A stretch of DNA of 64,000 nucleotides from Gemmatimonadaceae bacterium (GCA_045803545.1 JBJMOW010000005.1:704001-768000), one strand, 5' to 3'. Counted from the stretch's first letter, positions 36,700 to 46,395 are shown. Notes: a model not told the origin generated them from the sequence alone. Program-made: numbers and translations.

Positions 36700-39051
36700 T
36701 CAGCGCGAGGTCTCTTCCACGGGGCCGATCGTGATGTTCCGCCATTCACGGGTCCACTGTCTGAGACGCGATTCACGCCCTTCGCGGCCCAGGCCCACGA
36801 TGAAGCGGACCTTCATCGGAGACTCGAGCATCCGATTGAAGACAGCACGCCCCTTTCCGCTGAAGGATGTGCCGGGCACCTCGAAATTCACCAGGCGGCC
36901 CGGCATCACCGGCACCTCCATCAACAACCGCGCCCCGCTCGCGCTGACGTCCTCCAGCAGCGCGAGGCCGTCGACGCGTAGCTCGTCCCCATCTTCCTCG
37001 ACAGATACGCGTGCGGGCAACTGCACCGTATATCGACGCTCACTGCGAATGTTGGCGAGCATCTCCACCGCTTTGCCGAACAGGTTCAACGACTGGCGAT
37101 ACTTCATGCGCCACATCGGCACCGAGTGATGTGCGCAGTGGAGCTCGATCGCATCGCGCGTTTCCATCGGCAATTCGTCGAAGCGGACTCCGTGCGTGTA
37201 GATGGTGTTGTTGCCGGTGCGCCCCGTCTGCATGTGAGTGACTTCGCCACTCACGGGAAATACGCCTGACGCCACAGGAAGATCGATGTTCACCCTGCTC
37301 CCCAGCGGCAGCTGAAACGCGGAGCGGAACGCCAGACCTGACGGGTTGAGATCTTGAGTCAGCGCCAGGAGGTCGCGATAGTCGCGGCCCTCGGCGTCCG
37401 TTGCATTGACGGTGATTGGGAAAGCATCGATGAATCGGTGATCCACGCGTTGCTGCCTCGACGCGCGGCTGTGAAACACGACATAACCCGCGAAGTAGAT
37501 GTTCCACGCAATCCAGAACCCGTTGAGCCAGAACGCGAGGGATGACCAGCCTGGCGCGTGGTAATTGACCCAGCCCGCCTTGTAAGCAACCGTCGCCCAG
37601 ACCAGGGACAGAACGGAGACGACCAGCAGCACGAGCTGCGGCGCGTAGGTCTCGAAAGGCACATCGTTCGCGCCCTTCGGCGTCACGTTGAACTTCAGTT
37701 TTTTCTGAGTGAAGAAGCCGCGATACGTTTTTATGTAGGTCCAGAATTTCGCCATGTTGTAGCGCTCGGAGATGAGAATCCATCCCGTCCCGCGCGACAA
37801 CAGCTCGAAGGAAATCACAGTCAAAATGACGTAAGGGACTAGTCGTGTGACCAGCTGCGCGTTCGTCACGTTGACCGGCAGCCAGCCAAAGACAAAAAAC
37901 ACGACCGGCGACAGATAGAAAACGAGTTTCTGTATGCCGTCGAGATAGGTTGCCGTCGAGCTCAAATAAGCGAGCCGCTGCGGTAAGGTGAGTCCCGGAT
38001 ATGTGAGCGGATTCAGCTTGCGCAGAATCTGCATTGAGCCCTGACCCCAGCGCAGACGCTGTACGTGATACGCGAACGCCGAGGATGGAGCGAGTCCGTA
38101 CGCGAGCGTCTCGCCGTGATAAACCGACTTCCATCCGCGACCGTGGAGAATGATCGACGTCTCCATGTCTTCGGTTATCGTCTTCGTCGAAAACCCGCCG
38201 ATCTCGTCAAACGCTGTCCTGCGCAGTACTCCGCAGCTGCCACAGAAGAATGCCGCATTCCAGTGATCCTTCCCCGGCTGGAGCAGCGAGAAGAAGATTC
38301 GATTCTCTTCCCACAGGCTACGCCCCTCTTCGTTCACGACATGGGTGAATGAATCGGTGTTGTAGAAGTCCTGTGGCGATTGGACGAACGCAACTTCGGG
38401 ATCGTTGAAGTATCCGAGCAAGCGGTCGAGGATGTTCGGCAGCGGAACGTGATCGGCGTCGAGCTGCAGGATGAACTCACCCTGCGTAATGCGCAGCGCG
38501 TTATTCAGATTCCCCGCCTTCGCGTTCTGGTTGCCTTCGCGTCGGATGTAGCCGATGCCCAGCGCTTCGGCCATCGCCTTGACCTCGTCGCGCTTTCCGT
38601 CGTCGAGCATCCACGTCCGATGCGGATACTTGATCGCCCGGGCGCCGATCGCGGTACGGCGTAACACTTCGAGCGGCTCGTCGAAATTTGTGATGAAGAC
38701 ATCGACGCCCAGACCCTTGGGAGCGGGCGGCGCCGTTCGGTATTTGAGGCGCCACACCGTGGCGATCAGGAAGAATGAGTTGATCAACCCGTACGTCTCG
38801 GCGATCACGAGGACAACCGAGAAAATCATTGCGTGGGGATTCAGCGACCAACCCCACCGCCAGATTATCCAATACAGGCCATAAAGCCACGCAATTGCCG
38901 CAAACGCGCGTGTAAAGATTTCCTGTCCACGCGGCAACTGGGGGATTGCATCGTGAAATGCGTTTTCGGGGATTTCTACATCAGAGTCCAGTCCCGGAGG
39001 CGACTGCGCGCTCTCTACGGACACAGGCTCAATAACGACGTTGCTTGGCAT
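36700..39051 (-). CDS. bcsA: BcsA-like GT2 polysaccharide (cellulose) synthase with two C-terminal PilZ domains
   Basis: DDG, KAGNLN, DADH, QSPQDF, FFCGS, TED, QRLRW, FNVTPK; PilZ motifs RVDHR..DLNPSG and RSERR..DVSASG. Start uncertain (39051-39144). Confidence 0.85.
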   Translation of the reverse strand: MPSNVVIEPVSVESAQSPPGLDSDVEIPENAFHDAIPQLPRGQEIFTRAFAAIAWLYGLYWIIWRWGWSLNPHAMIFSVVLVIAETYGLINSFFLIATVWRLKYRTAPPAPKGLGVDVFITNFDEPLEVLRRTAIGARAIKYPHRTWMLDDGKRDEVKAMAEALGIGYIRREGNQNAKAGNLNNALRITQGEFILQLDADHVPLPNILDRLLGYFNDPEVAFVQSPQDFYNTDSFTHVVNEEGRSLWEENRIFFSLLQPGKDHWNAAFFCGSCGVLRRTAFDEIGGFSTKTITEDMETSIILHGRGWKSVYHGETLAYGLAPSSAFAYHVQRLRWGQGSMQILRKLNPLTYPGLTLPQRLAYLSSTATYLDGIQKLVFYLSPVVFFVFGWLPVNVTNAQLVTRLVPYVILTVISFELLSRGTGWILISERYNMAKFWTYIKTYRGFFTQKKLKFNVTPKGANDVPFETYAPQLVLLVVSVLSLVWATVAYKAGWVNYHAPGWSSLAFWLNGFWIAWNIYFAGYVVFHSRASRQQRVDHRFIDAFPITVNATDAEGRDYRDLLALTQDLNPSGLAFRSAFQLPLGSRVNIDLPVASGVFPVSGEVTHMQTGRTGNNTIYTHGVRFDELPMETRDAIELHCAHHSVPMWRMKYRQSLNLFGKAVEMLANIRSERRYTVQLPARVSVEEDGDELRVDGLALLEDVSASGARLLMEVPVMPGRLVNFEVPGTSFSGKGRAVFNRMLESPMKVRFIVGLGREGRESRLRQWTREWRNITIGPVEETSR

Positions 39052-39142
39052 GCTCGACCACAACAGTAGCGCGAGATCCATGCCGCCAGAGAGATTTGCG
39101 TATAATGGCGTAAGTGGTTCAGTCGTTGCGAGTTGAGCGCAC

Positions 39143-40456
39143 ATGAAGACACTCGATCTGCGTCCTCACTTGCACACGCTGGACGGCTCCAACCGCGATT
39201 ACCAGCCACTGCTCGACCTCGTTGGAGATGCCCAGCTCGTTCTGTTGGGCGAGGCATCCCATGGCACCCACGACTTTTACTACCAACGAGCCGAGATCAC
39301 CAAGCGGTTGATAAGCGAAAAGGGATTCTCGGCGGTCGCGGTCGAGGCCGATTGGCCGGATGCCTACCGTGTAAACCGTTATGTCCAAGGCGACCGCCAG
39401 GACCCTGACGCCGACTCCGCGCTCAAGGGCTTCGAGCGGTTTCCGACGTGGATGTGGCGGAATACGGTCGTTCTGAATTTCGTCGAATGGTTGCGCGAGC
39501 TGAACTCAAGCCGCGATGAGAACAACCGCGCCGGGTTCTACGGGCTCGACCTCTACAGCTTGTTCAACTCCATGGAGGCGGTAATCAACTATCTGGACCG
39601 GGTTGATCCCGACGCTGGGCGCCGGGCCCGCTATCGCTATTCCTGCTTCGAGCATTTCGGAGAAGACAGTCAGGCCTACGGCTACGTGGCCAGCTTCGAC
39701 CTCGATCGATCCTGCGAAGACGAAGCGATCAATCAGCTGCTCGACATGCGGCGGCGTTCAATGGATTACCTCGGCGCATCAAGGCGCGAAGATTTCTTTG
39801 ACGCCGAGCAGAACGCTCGCCTGGTCAAGAACGCGGAGGAATACTACCGGTCGATGTTCCGCGGACGTCAGTCGTCGTGGAATCTGCGTGATACGCACAT
39901 GGTGGAAACCGCGGAGGCGCTGATGTCATACCTCCAACGCCACCAGCGTCAGCCGAAGATGGTGCTATGGGCACACAACTCACACCTTGGCGATGCGCGG
40001 TACACGGAGATGGGCGCGCGCGGAGAGCTCAACGTCGGGCAGTTGATACGTCAGAAGTACGGCGACGCCGCGGTGTTGGTTGGATTTACGACATACGCGG
40101 GAACGGTGACGGCGGCGAACGACTGGGACGAGCCGGGAGAGCGAAAGCGCGTGCGAGCTGCTATCGCTGACAGTTACGAGCTCGAATTTCACGAGACCCA
40201 GATTCCGCGCTTCTTTCTGCCGCTCCGTAACGCCTCGCTCGGATCGGCGCTGCTGAAGAAACAGCGTCTCGAGCGCGCGATTGGTGTGATTTACCGGCCC
40301 CAGACTGAGCGCATCAGTCACTACTTTCGCGCGGATCTGCCGCGTCAGTTCGACGCTGTTTTTCATTTTGACGAGACCAGCGCGCTTCAGCCGCTGGAGA
40401 TTCCGGAACGCTGGCACGACGTCGAACCGCCCGAGACATTTCCCTCCGGTCTCTGA
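39143..40456 (+). CDS. Erythromycin esterase family (TIKI superfamily) protein
   Basis: LGEASHGTHDFY, VEADWPDA, FPTWMWRN, WNLRD.HM, WAHNSHLGDAR, ERAIGVIY, PETFPSGL. Confidence 0.9.
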   Translation: MKTLDLRPHLHTLDGSNRDYQPLLDLVGDAQLVLLGEASHGTHDFYYQRAEITKRLISEKGFSAVAVEADWPDAYRVNRYVQGDRQDPDADSALKGFERFPTWMWRNTVVLNFVEWLRELNSSRDENNRAGFYGLDLYSLFNSMEAVINYLDRVDPDAGRRARYRYSCFEHFGEDSQAYGYVASFDLDRSCEDEAINQLLDMRRRSMDYLGASRREDFFDAEQNARLVKNAEEYYRSMFRGRQSSWNLRDTHMVETAEALMSYLQRHQRQPKMVLWAHNSHLGDARYTEMGARGELNVGQLIRQKYGDAAVLVGFTTYAGTVTAANDWDEPGERKRVRAAIADSYELEFHETQIPRFFLPLRNASLGSALLKKQRLERAIGVIYRPQTERISHYFRADLPRQFDAVFHFDETSALQPLEIPERWHDVEPPETFPSGL

Positions 40457-40463
40457 GGGGCGT

Positions 40464-41555
40464 TTACTTACCGCGTTTGACCCGTTTGCCCGCGGGCTTC
40501 CGTGCAGATTTGGTTGCCGCCTTACCAACCGGCTTTCCCGACAGATCCAGCATTTTCTTCTCGCCCAGATAATCGATCGACGGAGTATCTACGACATTCC
40601 GCAGGCGTTGCACCGTCGACGAAATCCGCCTCGACGCATCCAGAATGTCTTTTGCCAGCTCCGGTATCTCCTCTGGCGCGGCATCGCTGGCGAGAAGCTC
40701 GGCGTTCATCGTGAGGACGGTGAGCACATTGTTCATCTCGTGCGCCACTGCAATGGTCGCCTCTGTGATTCCGGCACGCCGCTCCTTGTTGGCCCGCTCA
40801 TCTTCCATCTGCCGCTGCAGTGTGATGTCCTGCACCTGGGTGATGAAGTAAATCGGGTTTCCGTCGCTGTCGTGAACAGCTGCCACCGCAATCGACACCC
40901 AGATCTGCCTGCCGTCGCCCCGAACGTAGCGCTTGATGCGGTTGTAGCTGGCGATTTCCCGCGCGGTGAGTCGCCGCAGCTGATCGAGATCGATGGTGAG
41001 GTCATCGGGGTGAGTGATGTCACCAAACCTGCGCTTGAGCAATTCCGCTTCGGAATAGCCAAGCATCTCGCACAAGGCATGGTTCACTTTGGTGAATTGA
41101 CCCTGTGGATTCACGAAGCACATACCGAGGGGGGACATCTTGAACGCGCTCGCAAACAACTGCTCGCTCTCGCGTAACGCGCGTTCTGCTTCGGTACGCC
41201 GCGCAACGTCACGAATAAGTCCGAGTCGGGCTGGCTGACCATCGAACATGATCGGCGCGGTTACTATCTCCGCCACGATCGCATCGCCTCTTCTGGAACG
41301 GAACTTCACCTCGATTGGCGTTCCCGTGCCGCCCGTTCCAAACAGCTCGTGGATTCTTTGGCTGACAGCGGGAATCGAATCGGGATGCACAAACGACATT
41401 ATCGGCTTCCCAATCAGGTCATTGGGCTCTGCACCGAGCCGATGCGCTGCAAACGGGTTCAGATAGAGAAACTTTTCAGCAGTGTACACGATGATCGCAT
41501 CGGGAGCCGATTCGACGATCGTTCGAAATTCATTGTTCGAGTCAGAGGAGCTCAT
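40464..41555 (-). CDS. PAS-PAS-HisKA(DHp) protein lacking the HATPase domain
   Basis: Two PAS/PAC domains (VHPDS, THPDD); H-box AHEMNNVL; ends without N/G1/F/G2 boxes. Confidence 0.85.
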   Translation of the reverse strand: MSSSDSNNEFRTIVESAPDAIIVYTAEKFLYLNPFAAHRLGAEPNDLIGKPIMSFVHPDSIPAVSQRIHELFGTGGTGTPIEVKFRSRRGDAIVAEIVTAPIMFDGQPARLGLIRDVARRTEAERALRESEQLFASAFKMSPLGMCFVNPQGQFTKVNHALCEMLGYSEAELLKRRFGDITHPDDLTIDLDQLRRLTAREIASYNRIKRYVRGDGRQIWVSIAVAAVHDSDGNPIYFITQVQDITLQRQMEDERANKERRAGITEATIAVAHEMNNVLTVLTMNAELLASDAAPEEIPELAKDILDASRRISSTVQRLRNVVDTPSIDYLGEKKMLDLSGKPVGKAATKSARKPAGKRVKRGK

Positions 41556-41676
41556 TGTTGGCCAATCTATTCGTTGTCCGAAAAACATCCTAAGAGTTTA
41601 GCCCGGCCTGCGGAATTGCCCGGCGATCGCCTATCTTGTCTTTGAGACCTGCGACAGAGTCGACCTCGGAGTCCCA

Positions 41677-42399
41677 CTGAAGAAGACAACCCGGAAGACC
41701 GCAAAGCAAAAAGCCGTCCCCGCTGATGGGTCTCGGGCGAGCGCACTGGAAGAGGCGAACAAAACCGCCAGCTTCGTGGCGCACGAGCTGAACAATCTCC
41801 TCACGGTAATTCAGATCAACACCGAATTTCTGGTGGAATCGGTGGGCGCCTCTCCTGAAAATGCGGAGGAGCTCGACGAGATTCAGCGCGCCTCGCGACG
41901 CGCATCGATTCTGGCGCGCCAGCTGCTCGCCTCCGCGCGACTCGAGCCGTTCGATCCCGCGATTGTCGACGCAAGTCTGAGGAAGCAAGCCGCCGACAAC
42001 GCGGCCGCTGGCGCCGAGAAAGGAGCATCCCTCTCCGCGACGATCCTGCTTGTCGAGGACGAGGCCGCTGTTCGCGGAGTGGCGCGCAAGATTCTCGCGC
42101 AGAAAGGATACCGCGTGCTCGAAGCCTCCGATGGCGCCATCGCACTGAGAGTCGCCGCCGGTCACGTTGGCGAAATCGATCTCGTCCTCACCGACGTCGC
42201 GATGCCCGTGCTCGGCGGACGCGGGTTGGTCGAAGAGCTCCACGAGCTGAGTCCCGGGCTGCGGGTTCTCTTCATGTCCGGTTATCCGAGAGAGGAGGTG
42301 TTCCCGGACAAGAAGGATCAGGGGCCCTACCTGCAGAAACCTTTCACGACAGAGACGCTGATCGCGGAGGTGTCCTCGGCCCTTGGGATCGTCCGCTAG
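41677..42399 (+). CDS. HisKA(DHp)-receiver protein lacking the HATPase domain
   Basis: H-box AHELNNLL followed directly by REC (LLVEDE, LTDVAMP, FMSGY, LQKPF). Probable CTG start at 41677 after GGAG; track start is GTG 41776. Confidence 0.85.
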   Translation: MKKTTRKTAKQKAVPADGSRASALEEANKTASFVAHELNNLLTVIQINTEFLVESVGASPENAEELDEIQRASRRASILARQLLASARLEPFDPAIVDASLRKQAADNAAAGAEKGASLSATILLVEDEAAVRGVARKILAQKGYRVLEASDGAIALRVAAGHVGEIDLVLTDVAMPVLGGRGLVEELHELSPGLRVLFMSGYPREEVFPDKKDQGPYLQKPFTTETLIAEVSSALGIVR

Positions 42400-42408
42400 C
42401 GAGTTCTC

Positions 42409-42795
42409 TTACGCGGCGGCGAGCTGGCTCGTACAGTGCGAGCAGCGTGTCGCTCCGCCGTCGATGGATTCCCTGCAGTAGGGACAGTTTTTCCTGGGCG
42501 CTTCGGCAGCCGGCTTGAAGAAGATCTTCGAGATGCGCCAGGCCACGAAACCGACGATCAGGAAATTGAGCGCCGCGGACAGAAAGTCTCCTATGCCGAA
42601 CTTGACCGAGCCGACGTTCCAGGTCGCCGTACGCCACTCGCCCGCCGGCAGCATGTAAGTGATCACGGGCATGATGAAGTCGTCGACCACGGCTTTGACG
42701 AGCGTGTTGAGGGCAGTTCCGACGACTACGGCTATCGCCAGCGCTACGACGTTCTGCTTAAGCAGGAACTCCTTGAACTCCTTGAGCATCGCCAT
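42409..42795 (-). CDS. mscL: Large-conductance mechanosensitive channel with C-terminal zinc ribbon
   Basis: LKEFKEF..NVVALAIAVVVG, GDFLSAALNF; C-terminal CPYC..RCSHC. Confidence 0.88.
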   Translation of the reverse strand: MAMLKEFKEFLLKQNVVALAIAVVVGTALNTLVKAVVDDFIMPVITYMLPAGEWRTATWNVGSVKFGIGDFLSAALNFLIVGFVAWRISKIFFKPAAEAPRKNCPYCRESIDGGATRCSHCTSQLAAA

Positions 42796-42936
42796 GGGTA
42801 CAGTCCTCGGATTGGGTTCTACATAGGAGGCCGATCAGCCGTCTTATGCCGGACAAATAAATACCGAAAAAACACGTAACGCGAGCGCCCTCCGGTGCGT
42901 CGAGTAGGTGTCTGCAGACATCGCAAAAAGTAACTC

Positions 42937-45099
42937 TTGACCAACCCGGCCCAGACCACGCCCCCGGCGGCTTCGTCGCCTCCATCAGCCTCGCCTCCGC
43001 AGCCCGCGGTGGCGACACTTTCGCGCGAATTGTCGGACTTCCTGGTCGAGCTCTCGATCACCCTCAACAAGCACGCGATTTATCCACAAAAGCATCCGCT
43101 CCTGGATGTCGCCGTTGACGGGGTAGCAAGCCGGCTGGGAATGCTCTTCGTCGAAGATCGCGACTCGCTGTCCATCGGCGTGGCGCGCCGCCAGTTGATC
43201 ATCGAGGGAGTGGCGACGGATCCATTGAACCCAGTGCTCAAAGAGCTCGCCCAACGGCTGCACCAGCACCAGGTCGGCGCGCTCAAGCTGACTCGCGGAA
43301 TCACTCGTGACGAGCTCGCTGCGGCGTTGGCAGCATTATCCGTCGATCCTACACGATCAGCGCCAATTGGCCGCGACACGGAGCGCCTTGACACGCTATG
43401 GGACCATGTCCGTTTCTTTCCGCTGACGTACGACCGACTGCAGCTGATTGAAGATGACCCCGCGGAGCCACCCGGAACCGACAAAATGCTCGCTGGTCGT
43501 GCGACGCAGCTCTGGATCGGGCTCGCCCGCGCGGCACTTTTCTCTGGTGCGACCGCTGCGGATAAAAAAAAGACCGACGCTGACGATGACAGCTCGCTCG
43601 AACCAGCCACGGTCGCGCGCGCGATCGACGAGCACCAGCGCGAAGAAGCGTACGACCAGGTAATCGTCGGCTACCTGCTTCAGATCGGAGAGGAGCTCAA
43701 GACCGCCGAGGGGCCAGAGGCAGCGGGGCTGCAGCGCCGCGTCTCACGCCTGGTTGGAACGCTCAAGCAGTCGACCCTCGAGCGCTTGCTCGAGATGGGC
43801 GGTGACAAGGTCCAGCGCCGCAAATTCCTGCTCGATGCCTCTCAGGGGATTACGGTCGAGGCAGTAATGGACCTCGTAAAAGCTGCGTCAGCAGCAGAAG
43901 GACAAACCGTATCACACTCGATGCTGCGCATGCTGTCGAAGTTGGCGCACCACCCATCCGCCACAAACGAGCGCGGGAAAACCGATCCAAGCATTCGCGA
44001 TGTCATGCGCCGGTTGGTGGACGACTGGACGCTCGACGATCCAAACCCCGAAGCCTACCGGCAAGCGCTCGAGAACATGTCCAGCTTGCGGAACGCCAAC
44101 GACAAGCCGACAAGCGGCGCGCAGCCAGTCGACGTCGAGCCCGAGCGAATAATTCAGATCGCAGTCGAAATCGGTGCGATCGGCCCGCAGGTGCACATGG
44201 CGATGGAGCTCCTGCAGAAAACCGGGCGCATCGATGCGCTGCTCGACCTGGTCGAGCGCGGCCCGACGGCGGGTGCGTCAATGCCCGTCTGGGATTTCCT
44301 GGTAGAGCAAGGCGCGTTCGAAACACTGTTGGCCCAGCCACGACTCGATTTGCCGCTGATTACACGCTTCGTAAAGAGATTGGGCGCTGCGGCGGCACCG
44401 ACGCTGCTTGCCGCAGCAGTGCTGATCGAGGAGGCAAAAACTCGCGGACAGTTTTACGACCTCCTCCTCACTCTAGGCGACTCCGTCGGCGACGAGATTG
44501 CGCGGCGCCTCCCGGAGGCTTCGAGCACCGTTCAGCGCGAGTTGCTCGCCCTCGTCGGCAAGCTCGGTGTTGTGCCAGCGGACTTTTCCGCGCTTGCGTA
44601 TGTCGATAGCGAGGACCCGCTGGTCCGGCGCGAGGCAGTGCGTATCCTGCTCAAGAATCCCGCGGACCGCGACGAAGCCGTCGTCGCCGCATTGTCCGAT
44701 CCGGACGATCGCGTTGTGTTCGCGGGTCTGTCGGCCGCACAGGAAAAGTGTCCGCCAATCGGCATCAATTTGATCAAGCAACGAGTCGACCGCGGAGAGC
44801 TGGACTCGCAGCTTCGTACGATGGGCATCCGCATCATTGGCCAGACCCGAAGCACGGATGCACTCGACTGGCTGCTGCCGCACGTCATGACCGAGACGAG
44901 CTGGTCACGCCGACCGAAGCTTCGCCCGTCGTCGGCGGACATGCTGGCAGCGTTGAGCATGATTGCTACCCACTGGCGGACGCATCCCGCCGCCGAGCCC
45001 GCGCTGAAACTGGCCGAGCAGAGCAGAGATCCTGAAGTGCGCGGCAAGCTAACGAGGACTCGAGCCGCAACGAGCACGCCGGACAGCAAGAATGAGTGA
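42937..45099 (+). CDS. Large hypothetical protein with C-terminal HEAT-like repeats
   Basis: N-terminal IYPQKHP domain; DSEDPLVRREAV, LSDPDDRV, SRDPEVR helical repeats; overlaps the HD-GYP start. Confidence 0.8.
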   Translation: MTNPAQTTPPAASSPPSASPPQPAVATLSRELSDFLVELSITLNKHAIYPQKHPLLDVAVDGVASRLGMLFVEDRDSLSIGVARRQLIIEGVATDPLNPVLKELAQRLHQHQVGALKLTRGITRDELAAALAALSVDPTRSAPIGRDTERLDTLWDHVRFFPLTYDRLQLIEDDPAEPPGTDKMLAGRATQLWIGLARAALFSGATAADKKKTDADDDSSLEPATVARAIDEHQREEAYDQVIVGYLLQIGEELKTAEGPEAAGLQRRVSRLVGTLKQSTLERLLEMGGDKVQRRKFLLDASQGITVEAVMDLVKAASAAEGQTVSHSMLRMLSKLAHHPSATNERGKTDPSIRDVMRRLVDDWTLDDPNPEAYRQALENMSSLRNANDKPTSGAQPVDVEPERIIQIAVEIGAIGPQVHMAMELLQKTGRIDALLDLVERGPTAGASMPVWDFLVEQGAFETLLAQPRLDLPLITRFVKRLGAAAAPTLLAAAVLIEEAKTRGQFYDLLLTLGDSVGDEIARRLPEASSTVQRELLALVGKLGVVPADFSALAYVDSEDPLVRREAVRILLKNPADRDEAVVAALSDPDDRVVFAGLSAAQEKCPPIGINLIKQRVDRGELDSQLRTMGIRIIGQTRSTDALDWLLPHVMTETSWSRRPKLRPSSADMLAALSMIATHWRTHPAAEPALKLAEQSRDPEVRGKLTRTRAATSTPDSKNE

Positions 45100-46342
45100 T
45101 CCGATTCGTTTCCTGGTCTCATTTGGCCAGGCCGTGTCCACAATGGCGCTCTATAACGACGGACACCCGGCCCGCGAACGGGCTGTGGACCGCTCGTATC
45201 AGTGCCTGCAGGACCTGCAACGCGACGACGCCTGCCCCCGCTTCTCGTTCCTTGGCGAAGAAACGATCTATCAGGAAACGGCGCTCCGCGAGCTGGGCGA
45301 TTGGGAGTGGGGCACCCGCCTGGCGCAGGCCGGTGTGCAACGCATTGAGTTCGACAAGAACGTTGGACGCGAGCAGTACGAGGAGTTCCTCGAGGAAATG
45401 ATGGCGCGCATCACCTTATCGGTGATCGATACATCCGAAACCCGGACGACACGCCAGACAGGCATCAAGATCGGCGCGCTCGGCATTCGCGGAGAGAAGA
45501 AGGAGATCGAGCCAAGCTTGGTCGCGCCGGTGCCCGTCGCAACGATGTCGTACTCGCTCGGCGAAGAGGCAGAATCGATCCAGTCGATGCATCGGGATGT
45601 GCTCGAGCGCGGAAAGCTGCCACTCGCCGAGGCCGAAGCGGTCGTTCGCTCGCTGTCGATGGCAATGCACGGCGACCAGCAGATGATTCTGCCATTGCTG
45701 CAACTGCGCGAGTTCGATGAGTACACCACGACACACTCGTTGAACGTCTCGGTGCTGGTGATGGCGCTTGCTGAATCGCTGCAGCTCGCCCAGCAGGACG
45801 TGCGCGCGTTCGGCATTGCCGGACTGCTGCACGACCTCGGCAAGGTCAAGATTCCCAAGGACATCCTCAACAAGCCCGGCAAGCTAACGGACGAGGAGCG
45901 CCAGGTAATGCAGAATCATCCGGTTGCGGGCGCCAAAATGATCATCGAGAGCGGGCGCAAGCTCGATCTGGCGGCCACGGTAGCGCACGAGCACCACATC
46001 ATGATCAACGGGCAGGGCTATCCTACGCGTCACTATCAGCGCCCCTGTCACAAGGCGAGCAATCTCGTGCACGTCTGCGATGTCTACGACGCTTTGCGCA
46101 CGAAGCGCCCATATCGCGACGCGTGGGACGCCCAGCGGGTGCTGACGTACATAGAGGAGCGCGCAGGCACCGAGTTCGAGCCCGAGATCGCCGGCGCATT
46201 CGTCAAAATGATGCGCAAGCTCGAAACCGGAATTCAGCTCTCACCGCTGACCATTAATGGCAACGGCCAGTCGCACCCAGAGCAGAAACCCGCCCCGCAA
46301 ATTCCCTCAGGTCAGGGGAACACCCCCGAAAGACAGCCGTAA
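45092..46342 (+). CDS. HD-GYP cyclic di-GMP phosphodiesterase
   Basis: DEYTTTHS, LLHDLGK, HP..G, HEHH..GQGYP, CDVYDAL..RPY. Confidence 0.9.
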   Translation: MSDPIRFLVSFGQAVSTMALYNDGHPARERAVDRSYQCLQDLQRDDACPRFSFLGEETIYQETALRELGDWEWGTRLAQAGVQRIEFDKNVGREQYEEFLEEMMARITLSVIDTSETRTTRQTGIKIGALGIRGEKKEIEPSLVAPVPVATMSYSLGEEAESIQSMHRDVLERGKLPLAEAEAVVRSLSMAMHGDQQMILPLLQLREFDEYTTTHSLNVSVLVMALAESLQLAQQDVRAFGIAGLLHDLGKVKIPKDILNKPGKLTDEERQVMQNHPVAGAKMIIESGRKLDLAATVAHEHHIMINGQGYPTRHYQRPCHKASNLVHVCDVYDALRTKRPYRDAWDAQRVLTYIEERAGTEFEPEIAGAFVKMMRKLETGIQLSPLTINGNGQSHPEQKPAPQIPSGQGNTPERQP

Positions 46343-46395
46343 CAAATCCCAGTTACGGCTCGTGATGAAAAAATGCGTCGGTCCCGACGCATTTT
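46335..46395. promoter_or_regulatory. Two palindromes upstream of the pilin gene
   Basis: AGCCGTAAC-N8-GTTACGGCT (46335-46360) and AAAATGCGTCGG-tc-CCGACGCATTTT (46370-46395). Confidence 0.5.

Noticed and set aside
39143..40456. Macrolide resistance gene (ereA/ereB)
   Set aside because: Motifs fit the widespread chromosomal esterase-like family; no mobile context, so resistance cannot be claimed.
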